Below, one piece after another: positions 1-6,189 of a stretch of DNA of 14,937 nucleotides; positions within the stretch are counted from its first letter, which is position 1, and each line of letters opens with the position of its first letter. The translations under genes were made by a program, and so were the position numbers. Where the stretch lies: IMG/VR virus record IMGVR_UViG_2595698945_000001, one strand, 5' to 3'. The DNA is from a virus. Its lineage: Duplodnaviria > Heunggongvirae > Uroviricota > Caudoviricetes. Below the pieces are notes generated by a model. The model had not been told where the DNA came from. It did not search any database and saw only the letters and a list, made by a program, of their open reading frames with translations.

Positions 1-7
1 AATAAGA

Positions 8-20
8 AAACAATTTGTTT
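8..20. promoter_or_regulatory. Palindromic operator AAACAA-T-TTGTTT, copy 1
   Basis: Perfect 6-1-6 palindrome abutting the RBS of the 33..269 gene; its promoter would lie upstream of the window. Confidence 0.7.
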
Positions 21-32
21 AAGGAGTTGATC

Positions 33-269
33 ATGCTCGGAACCGCAAAAGACATCATCGAAAAGCTGGAGAACTACCCAGAAGACGAGCCGCTGCTAAT
101 GGTGATGTGGCACAAGGAAGATGTAGGTGAAGTGCGACCAGACCTGACTGACGAACAGTGCGTTCAGGTTTTGCGAAAAATCAAAGAGTGCCATGACGCC
201 AACGTCGGCGTGAATTGGGATGTCATTTCTGACACGGCCGACATTCTGTTTCCAAAGGAGAAGGCATGA
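33..269 (+). CDS. Small acidic hypothetical protein, DUF1380-like (78 aa)
   Basis: AAGGAG at 21-26, ATG at 33 (the track's start at 15 lies inside the operator). The pattern M.GT...I...LE.YP.DEPL.MV.W..EDV....LTDEQ...VL resembles plasmid DUF1380 proteins as I recall them. 18 D/E vs 9 K/R. Confidence 0.7.
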   Translation: MLGTAKDIIEKLENYPEDEPLLMVMWHKEDVGEVRPDLTDEQCVQVLRKIKECHDANVGVNWDVISDTADILFPKEKA

Positions 270-586
270 TGCTGAAAATCACCGAATCGTATAAGACGGC
301 GGTGATCAGCACCGCCCACGTTACACAGCATGACTCTGAGTGTCTGCCTAATATCTGTTTCGACCCACTAACAGATCGTGGACTGAATTGGGTACACGGC
401 ACGGAGTACGGATGGATTGTCCGCGCAGGTATGCGTGGCAACGACTGGAAAGAAGAGTTACGTGATTACGGCGTCACATGGCAAACCATCGAGAACATTC
501 AGAAGGTACTGGATGCCGGCTATGACGCGGTTCACTTCGATTGCGACGCCGAGCTGGTGGACGGATTACCAGCCTGGGACTGGTAG
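266..586 (+). CDS. Hypothetical protein, DUF5983-like (106 aa)
   Basis: ATGA overlap with the upstream stop. ISTAH, YGW and C-terminal FDCDA...LPAWDW motifs resemble the mobile-element DUF5983 family (from memory). Confidence 0.7.
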   Translation: MMLKITESYKTAVISTAHVTQHDSECLPNICFDPLTDRGLNWVHGTEYGWIVRAGMRGNDWKEELRDYGVTWQTIENIQKVLDAGYDAVHFDCDAELVDGLPAWDW

Positions 587-595
587 GAGATGATT

Positions 596-787
596 ATGAC
601 GACGGTTGAAGACTTGATAAATGATGTGTTGGTGAATTTAGGGAGGACGCCAGACGAGCTGCTAATAGCAACGGTTTTCGATAGTCTGCCAGACGATGTA
701 TGCAGATTGGCGAAAGAGTGGGGATGGTGTGATACAGAAGTGCGTGAAAGGGTGTACGCTGTGGCGTGGAAAATAATCAATAATTAG
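596..787 (+). CDS. Small hypothetical phage protein (63 aa)
   Basis: AGGAG at 585-589 overlaps the upstream stop and is 6 nt from ATG 596; ATG 590 is too close to the RBS. Contains WGWCDTEVRE. Confidence 0.7.
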   Translation: MTTVEDLINDVLVNLGRTPDELLIATVFDSLPDDVCRLAKEWGWCDTEVRERVYAVAWKIINN

Positions 788-819
788 CTATCAGAAGTAT
801 GGCTTACAAGGAACCGCAA

Positions 820-2019
820 ATGACAGACACAGCATATTCAAAAGCTCTGCAAAAAGAGGTAGATCCGGAGCAATATGTAGCATTGTTGGGTTTAGATGAC
901 AGCACCGTACATGCCTTTGCTCGTGAAGATGTCGTCTGTCCTATATGTGAAACTGGCGGCGGTTCCTATGTAAGAGCATCTGTAAGCGGCGCTTATCGCA
1001 AAAAGGCCCATTTCAGGTTTGCGGGGGATGACGATATCAGCGCACATCACCCATCTTGTGATTTTTATGGCGATCGGCTTTCTAATGAGGTCAGTCAACA
1101 TCTTGTATCGTTCACTACGGAACGCACTAAAATCACTCATGTGATCAGAAAGATGGTGTGCGCAGGCATTCAAGAAAACATCTTCACGCAAGAGGCAATG
1201 CGCAATATGAGGCAATGGTTCTTTGCTAAACGTTGCGAGTCAGCTTTCGAAATTGTCTTGAGTGAAGAGCAAATCGATTGGCTGGCCTATATCGTTGAGC
1301 TGCCTGTTTATCCATATGCGTGGCCCAGAGATGAAATTATACCTTTCCATCCAATGCAGGCTATCGTGCCTGGTTTCGATTGGGGTAAGGCTATTGCGAG
1401 AGAAACGGTAAGATTGCATCAAAAGACGTTGAAGCGACTGGAAGAACTAAACCTTCACAGGAAGCACATTGTAGAACTGCAAAGTTATGTCTCAAAAACC
1501 AAACATGCCACCCTTTTAGACCCTGAGCTATTGAAAGAAGAGTATGCAAAGACCCTTCAACTAAACTCTTTCATTATCAATAACTACATAGAATTTCAGA
1601 ATAAGTCGGTTAAAGACAGAGCAAGTGGAGAGGAAAAGTTGCTCGCATTTTCAGCCTTGCTGTTGTTCGTTGCCGACTGGGATATCGATGAGGCAATTGC
1701 GAAGTTTTCTGTCATTGCCAATGTTCGGCACGTAGAGGATTTGCTTGCCGGCAACTTCATGGGCTTGAACCCTTATTTTAAGTTTTCAATTGCTAATACG
1801 GCCAAAGCACTACAGGACAACTGGCCGATTGATTATCGGGAACTGGAAGAATGGCAGGTCGAACAGTCTATGAGAGAGGCGTATGTAGAGCACAGTTTGA
1901 AGTTAGCGACGCCGCTGCCTCAGTTAAAGCCGGATTTATACGTGACGAAGCATTTAGAATTTGAGAGAAGAGAGGCTGAGTCAGCGCGCTGGATAGCTAG
2001 TGTTCTCTCTAATAGTTAG
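820..2019 (+). CDS. Hypothetical protein with N-terminal CxxC...HF...H..C putative Zn-binding (CoiA-N-like) module (399 aa)
   Basis: Long ORF; AAGGA at 808-812 favours ATG 820 over 799. Motif VCPICE...KKAHFRF...HHPSCDFY. AT-richer than its neighbours (sampled lines 1441 and 1561: 23/60 and 17/60 GC). Confidence 0.8.
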   Translation: MTDTAYSKALQKEVDPEQYVALLGLDDSTVHAFAREDVVCPICETGGGSYVRASVSGAYRKKAHFRFAGDDDISAHHPSCDFYGDRLSNEVSQHLVSFTTERTKITHVIRKMVCAGIQENIFTQEAMRNMRQWFFAKRCESAFEIVLSEEQIDWLAYIVELPVYPYAWPRDEIIPFHPMQAIVPGFDWGKAIARETVRLHQKTLKRLEELNLHRKHIVELQSYVSKTKHATLLDPELLKEEYAKTLQLNSFIINNYIEFQNKSVKDRASGEEKLLAFSALLLFVADWDIDEAIAKFSVIANVRHVEDLLAGNFMGLNPYFKFSIANTAKALQDNWPIDYRELEEWQVEQSMREAYVEHSLKLATPLPQLKPDLYVTKHLEFERREAESARWIASVLSNS

Positions 2020-2377
2020 GGCGTTTATCTGAGTAAAACACAACCCGTTGACATTGGCGGTCACAAATTGAGGATTTCTATAAGAGTCCGTTGATCGCCA
2101 CTTTCCCCACCCCTCCAACCTACCCCAGCCCAGGCGTGACAAGGCATTTAAGCCAATTACACCCATAAGAAAACAAATAAATAACACATCAACGAAATGT
2201 CAACGATTTTCCCTGATTTGGTCTAAAAAGTTGACGTTTTCGCACGCCATCTCTTATACCCAAAATCCTGCGCACCAGAATCCATCTCCCTGCGACCAAA
2301 ACGTCAAAAACGACTCGTGATACTACCCAAAAATAGACATGCTCAGAAGCGCTCCCGTTGCGTTATATTGGATATCT

Positions 2378-2390
2378 AAACAAGTTGTTT
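2378..2390. promoter_or_regulatory. Palindromic operator AAACAA-G-TTGTTT, copy 2, plus half-site at 2403-2411
   Basis: Perfect palindrome; TATATT at 2364-2369 just upstream; no credible CDS downstream. Confidence 0.6.
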
Positions 2391-2426
2391 TCAGGTACAG
2401 GAAAACAAGTTAACCACACCCACAGG

Positions 2427-2836
2427 AAACCCAGAGACGCCATTACCCAAAATCCCGGAAACACCCACCTCTTCCTGTCAGGCTACCGGAAAGACCCACC
2501 TCTTTGCCCCAGGCTACAGACCACCCACCTAATCTTCCCTGGCAATCGAGAACATAGCTCGCGCACGCAAACCCAGAGACGCCATTACCCAATACACGGA
2601 GAAGAACAGCCAGAACGAAACCCCTGACAAACCCAGACCAGAACAGGAACCGTCGCAATCTCGTTTACCCACCATTACCCCGAAAGGGAGCGCAAATTCC
2701 TGAATAGCAGGGAACGCCATTACTTCATATGCGGAGAACAACAAAAGCGCCCTACTGCCATTACCCACACTTCCATCATTTCACGTAAACGAAGAGAAAA
2801 GCGCACCTGCCATTACTCCATACACGGAGAAGAACA
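2427..2836 (+). repeat. Non-coding mosaic of direct repeats
   Basis: 24-bp exact repeat at 2427-2450 and 2569-2592; 31-bp tandem units at 2457-2487 and 2488-2518; 28-bp units at 2581, 2716 and 2809; CCATTAC six times. Confidence 0.85.
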
Positions 2837-3132
2837 CTCACCAAAACGACGAGAACGACCCAGACGAAAACACAGAGAAGAGCCACCTCAAGAAGAACGA
2901 AACCACATACGCCGGTAGAGAGAACAAACCTCCCGTTTCACCCAAAGAAATACTCGCCGTATAGAGCGTTATCAGGGGAAGGTATACGCCCCCATAAGAG
3001 GGAGAATTAGTGGTAGGTATAAGTGGGAAGGGGAAGAGGGGGATCGCTACTTTCTCCGTAGAAATTCAAGCCATAGTTTTCATCCCCCGTGACGTCCCTT
3101 TTCACCCCTTCGGTCAGCCTTCGGGCCATCCA

Positions 3133-3261
3133 GGGAAAAGGCCATGTCCCTTTTCAGAAACGGGAGCGTCGCCGCAGGGAAAAGGCTGGAGGTTTTCAGG
3201 GAAACGGTGGGAATCCCGCTATACGAACCGGGAAAAGGCTGGCTGCCGGTCGGGGAACGGG
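3133..3261 (+). repeat. Cluster of GGGAAA(A/C)GG motifs
   Basis: Copies at 3133, 3177, 3199 and 3230; variants at 3156 and 3252; related copies near 6733, 6766 and 6788. Confidence 0.75.
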
Positions 3262-3448
3262 TACATCCCGGTACAGAGAGAGGGACGGCTGCGGGAGTAT
3301 GCCTTATTCCTCATTCACCTGAAGAGTGCGGGAAATGGTGAATCCCGCAGTTGAGCGTTGAGACCAGATCAGCTTCGCACGCTCATGTCGGGAAGCCAGA
3401 TCTAGTGTAAAGGGTTACGGGTTTTGGTGGCGAAATCGCCGATGACGC

Positions 3449-3691
3449 TTATTCGAAAATCTCACTGCCCTGATTCGCATCGTCCCTGTTGTCCCACAAA
3501 TCATCGAGCGCCTCTTCTCTTGTCCCGAAGGGGCCGGAGACGACAGGTGCGTCTGAACTGGTGTCGTCCAGCTCTGTATAAATCTGACCGTTGGTCAAAA
3601 TGATGCGTCCGACAGCGATGCCGCCATGTAGCAACTCGCCTCTCTCGGCGTCGATGCTGAAGTACCCGTCTGTGTAGTCTTTATTGCTCAT
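3449..3691 (-). CDS. Small acidic hypothetical protein (80 aa)
   Basis: GAGGG RBS upstream of GTG 3694/ATG 3691; globular-looking sequence; 18 D/E vs 5 K/R. Confidence 0.7.
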   Translation of the reverse strand: MSNKDYTDGYFSIDAERGELLHGGIAVGRIILTNGQIYTELDDTSSDAPVVSGPFGTREEALDDLWDNRDDANQGSEIFE

Positions 3692-3784
3692 CACATTCCC
3701 TCTGAGTTAGCCAGATACATACATAGCAATAAATCGGCACAAGCACATCAGCCTTTAAGCAATTCTTTTCCCCCGTTTTCTTAT

Positions 3785-3819
3785 TGCGATAATAACACCA
3801 TCAAGAAAACAACGTGTTT
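3785..3819 (+). promoter_or_regulatory. Extended -10 promoter (TG-C-GATAAT) plus operator AAACAA-C-GTGTTT
   Basis: TG 3785-3786, -10 at 3788-3793, 13-nt gap, operator 3807-3819 (1 mismatch). Confidence 0.7.
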
Positions 3820-3836
3820 AGATAATGGGGAAACAC

Positions 3837-4052
3837 ATGTACAAGCATCTGAATATCAGCATCACCCTCTGTGGCGAGGAAGCGTCCTCCGAGTGTGAGA
3901 TCTCCCTCGATGACGTTATCCGCTCTCAGGATGTAGCTGGTCGCGTGGCGACGCTCATCTCTGAAGGATACAGAGAAGGGACGTTTGATTTCCATATCGA
4001 GGACAACCCAATGTCCGTCGCGTGGAACTGCACGACGTCAGAAACGAAGTGA
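3837..4052 (+). CDS. Small acidic hypothetical protein (71 aa)
   Basis: Directly after promoter-operator module 3785-3819. GGGG at 3827-3830 is 6 nt before ATG 3837 (alternative ATG 3825). 13 D/E vs 5 K/R. Confidence 0.7.
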   Translation: MYKHLNISITLCGEEASSECEISLDDVIRSQDVAGRVATLISEGYREGTFDFHIEDNPMSVAWNCTTSETK

Positions 4053-4062
4053 GGGTGAAGAG

Positions 4063-4281
4063 ATGATTAAGATGCCTGTGATGGTTGAGGTGTGGAGCGT
4101 GGATTCCCTGGCTGAGTGCCTGGATGCAGTGGGGCCGGAGCTGTATCGCAAATTGTGGTCGTTCGTCCCGGCTGAAGGGGAATCACCCAAAGGGAAGGAG
4201 ATCTGGCACCTGCTCAGTGAAGATGAACAGCGGGAGCTGGTGGACGCGGTACACATTGAGTTCCCGGACGACGAAGATTAA
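4063..4281 (+). CDS. Small acidic hypothetical protein (72 aa)
   Basis: GAGGG/GAAGAG upstream of ATG 4063, 10 nt after the previous stop; followed by a terminator. 18 D/E vs 6 K/R, acidic C-terminus PDDED. The track start at 3985 overlaps the upstream gene. Confidence 0.75.
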   Translation: MIKMPVMVEVWSVDSLAECLDAVGPELYRKLWSFVPAEGESPKGKEIWHLLSEDEQRELVDAVHIEFPDDED

Positions 4282-4286
4282 GAGTG

Positions 4287-4310
4287 AGGCCATCAGCACG
4301 GTGGCTTTTT
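4287..4310 (+). terminator. Intrinsic terminator
   Basis: GGCCATC/GGTGGCT stem (G-U pairs) plus T tract directly after stop 4281. Confidence 0.65.
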
Positions 4311-4373
4311 GCTGTTTGCAACCTCCGGGGCAGCGCAGCGCCGTAACGCTATGCTTTGTAGCCGTTTTCTCGC

Positions 4374-4409
4374 TGGTATTATTTACACAAATAAGAAAAC
4401 AAGTTGTTT
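4374..4409 (+). promoter_or_regulatory. Extended -10 promoter (TG-G-TATTAT) plus operator AAACAA-G-TTGTTT
   Basis: TG 4374-4375, -10 at 4377-4382, 14-nt gap, perfect operator 4397-4409. Confidence 0.7.
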
Positions 4410-4421
4410 ACGGAGTGAATT

Positions 4422-4733
4422 ATGAAAAACGCGATGATCACCAAACTGAGTGCGGGCCAGCCACGTAAAGAAAAACCAACCGCAATGAGCCAACTGACCC
4501 TGCTCGATATCATCGCCAATGGCACTGCCATTCGCCTGTTCAAAGAGACGCTGGTCTCGTTCGACAATGGTTCCCGCACGCGTTACGTCATGAGTGTGCG
4601 TCGCCAGAGTGGAAGAGGGTGGATGGCAAAACAAGTTATCTGGCCGGAAGGAGAACTGGAAATGGCGCTACTGGAGGCGAACAAAGTCGCCCAGCAAGAA
4701 ATCCAGCGTGCTTCTCTTCTGGCGACAGCCTGA
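4422..4733 (+). CDS. Hypothetical protein (103 aa)
   Basis: GGAG at 4412-4415 directly after the operator, ATG 4422, terminator at 4766-4793. Confidence 0.75.
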   Translation: MKNAMITKLSAGQPRKEKPTAMSQLTLLDIIANGTAIRLFKETLVSFDNGSRTRYVMSVRRQSGRGWMAKQVIWPEGELEMALLEANKVAQQEIQRASLLATA

Positions 4734-4765
4734 CATGTGCAAAAGCGATTAGTCGACCCTACGAC

Positions 4766-4793
4766 AGCCCCGTTCATCCTTCGGGGCTTTTTT
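4766..4793 (+). terminator. Intrinsic terminator
   Basis: AGCCCCG-9 nt-CGGGGCT followed by TTTTT. Confidence 0.8.
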
Positions 4794-4804
4794 AGTCTCC
4801 TGTA

Positions 4805-4837
4805 TTGTAAGTACATACCTATGACAATAATATAGGT
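4805..4837 (+). promoter_or_regulatory. Predicted sigma70 promoter TTGTAA-17-TAATAT overlapped by inverted repeat ACCTAT/ATAGGT
   Basis: -35 at 4805-4810, -10 at 4828-4833; IR arms 4817-4822 and 4832-4837; lies between a terminator and the 4861 gene. Confidence 0.5.
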
Positions 4838-4860
4838 TAGTCAACTACAGGGAGATAAAG

Positions 4861-5256
4861 ATGACTGTTTTACGCGAAAATCTTGTGCTGGATTTACATT
4901 ATGCGTCCGAAACCACCTTCGGCGAGAAAGTTGCCAAACTGACCGTCGTTCTGCGTGACAACACTACCGGAACGGAGGTTCATACCAGCACCTTAGTGCG
5001 CGAGGGGGAAGGTGAAAGCGCGGTATACACCGTAGGTTATCAGAACATCAGCAACGCAACCGACCCGCTGCTGCTAAAGCTGGAAGCGTATTTCCGCACC
5101 GCGGACAAGGCGATGTTCGATAAGCTGATGACCAGAGTGGATACGCTGTTTACCTCTGATTTGAACTCTAACAGCACCTGGATGGGTCAATACGGTCTGC
5201 GTATCGTTTCCAGCGCGATGGTAGACGAATTTATTCCCGAAAGCGTGTTTGAATAA
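4861..5256 (+). CDS. Hypothetical protein (131 aa)
   Basis: GGGAG RBS at 4850-4854, own predicted promoter at 4805-4833, terminator at 5264-5289. Confidence 0.8.
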   Translation: MTVLRENLVLDLHYASETTFGEKVAKLTVVLRDNTTGTEVHTSTLVREGEGESAVYTVGYQNISNATDPLLLKLEAYFRTADKAMFDKLMTRVDTLFTSDLNSNSTWMGQYGLRIVSSAMVDEFIPESVFE

Positions 5257-5263
5257 TCCCTCC

Positions 5264-5289
5264 AATGGCGCGTACCCCGCGCCATTTTC
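5264..5289 (+). terminator. Intrinsic terminator
   Basis: AATGGCGCG-5 nt-CGCGCCATT with T tail, 7 nt after stop 5256. Confidence 0.75.
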
Positions 5290-5315
5290 TTATCCCCGAT
5301 AACAAAATGTTTTAT

Positions 5316-5363
5316 GCCTTATCCACACTGCGATAATTAAACCAACAAGAAAACAAGATGTTT
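5316..5363 (+). promoter_or_regulatory. Extended -10 promoter (TG-C-GATAAT) plus operator AAACAA-G-ATGTTT; contains DnaA box TTATCCACA
   Basis: -10 at 5332-5337, 13-nt gap, operator 5351-5363 (1 mismatch), DnaA box 5319-5327, degenerate extra operator at 5300-5312. Confidence 0.7.
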
Positions 5364-5382
5364 ACGCATGGAGGATATGCAC

Positions 5383-5664
5383 ATGACCGATTTCACTATC
5401 TCACCTAAAGCTGAAAACGTATGGCTGGAATCCTGGCTCGACCTGTCGCCGGAAGAGCAGCAGGAAATGGATCACATTGAACAGGACGAACAATGTGATG
5501 CCCGCTTCTTCCGCTTTGAGGATAGCGTTTATGACATTGCCGACTTCATGCGCGATGACCGCTTCCCGGACTGGCACGCAGGCTACCCATTAAATGCCTT
5601 CGCCATGCTGATGATCCGCGTGGATGGCTCCGGCGATACCATCGACGTCGGTCTGCTCCACTAA
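5383..5664 (+). CDS. Small strongly acidic hypothetical protein (93 aa)
   Basis: GGAGGA at 5370-5375 is 7 nt before ATG 5383; follows a promoter-operator module. 22 D/E vs 6 K/R; aromatic-rich core RFFRFEDSVYDIADFMR. Confidence 0.8.
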   Translation: MTDFTISPKAENVWLESWLDLSPEEQQEMDHIEQDEQCDARFFRFEDSVYDIADFMRDDRFPDWHAGYPLNAFAMLMIRVDGSGDTIDVGLLH

Positions 5665-5671
5665 GAGAACG

Positions 5672-5695
5672 AGGCCACCATGCTGGTGGTCTTTT
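5672..5695 (+). terminator. Intrinsic terminator between convergent genes
   Basis: AGGCCACCA-TGC-TGGTGGTCT plus TTT between stops 5664 and 5694. Confidence 0.7.
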
Positions 5696-5966
5696 ATGGC
5701 ATCTTTGCGAGCTTCATCATTTTGGCGAAGTCAATGGATAATTCGGCCAGCGGCTTCAATTCTGTTTTTTGTGCCCAGAAGTTGGGAGATCTGCCCACTA
5801 CATACGAAAGTCGATAAGCATCTTCGTCGGTAATCGGCTTTCTCTGCTCCAGAAGGGCTGTTGCTTGCTCGATACTCACAGCCATGCTGCGAGCCAGTAA
5901 TTCAACGTCGATACCGAAATCGTCATAAATGCCGTCTAAAAAATCTTTCACATCACGCTGTGACAT
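5694..5966 (-). CDS. HigA/XRE-family helix-turn-helix protein, no partner toxin (90 aa)
   Basis: AAGGAG RBS. LARSMAVS...LLEQRKPITDEDAYRLSYVVGRSPNFW follows the HigA pattern LA..MGVS....L.G+..IT...A.RL...G.SP.FW. Confidence 0.8.
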   Translation of the reverse strand: MSQRDVKDFLDGIYDDFGIDVELLARSMAVSIEQATALLEQRKPITDEDAYRLSYVVGRSPNFWAQKTELKPLAELSIDFAKMMKLAKMP

Positions 5967-6127
5967 ACGAGTGTCTCCTTAAAGTAGTAAGGTAGCGAGT
6001 ATAAGCAAAGTTACATTTAGAATGTGAATACCCCGCAGACTAAAAACACCCACCTCTTACCGCCAGGCTACCGAACTACCCTCCGACTCCCTGCAGGCCA
6101 CCAGCAGCCGGAACAGAACGCTTGGAC

Positions 6128-6175
6128 GCCTTATGCGCGTAGCGATAATTAAACCAACAAGAAAACAAGTTGTTT
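6128..6175 (+). promoter_or_regulatory. Promoter (GATAAT) plus operator AAACAA-G-TTGTTT
   Basis: -10 at 6144-6149, 13-nt gap, perfect operator 6163-6175; 6143-6176 matches 5331-5364 at 33/34 positions. Confidence 0.7.
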
Positions 6176-6189
6176 AAAGGATTATCACC

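Noticed and set aside
15-32. Upstream starts in the ORF track (15, 590, 799, 3985, 5368, 9098, 12120)
   Set aside because: Each overlaps an operator, an RBS or a neighbouring gene, or lacks an RBS; downstream ATGs have better RBS spacing or coupling.
2358-2768. ORFs 2358..2627, 2443..2658 and 2529..2768
   Set aside because: Translations of the repeat mosaic, with weak starts and low-complexity products.
2427-2836. CRISPR array or classical iteron origin
   Set aside because: Repeats are of several types with irregular spacing and similar intervening sequence; no cas or rep gene adjacent.
3010-3354. 114-aa ORF (and 3089..3322, 3144..3341) in the G-rich tract
   Set aside because: GGAG does sit 5 nt before GTG 3010, but the product is G/K/R-biased and the GGGAAAAGG motifs fall in different frames, which suggests DNA-level constraint. 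Not excluded without ribosome profiling.
5967-6189. higB toxin upstream of the HigA-like gene (ORF 6076..6357)
   Set aside because: No RelE/HigB features; it runs antisense over the promoter-operator and the start of the 160-aa gene.
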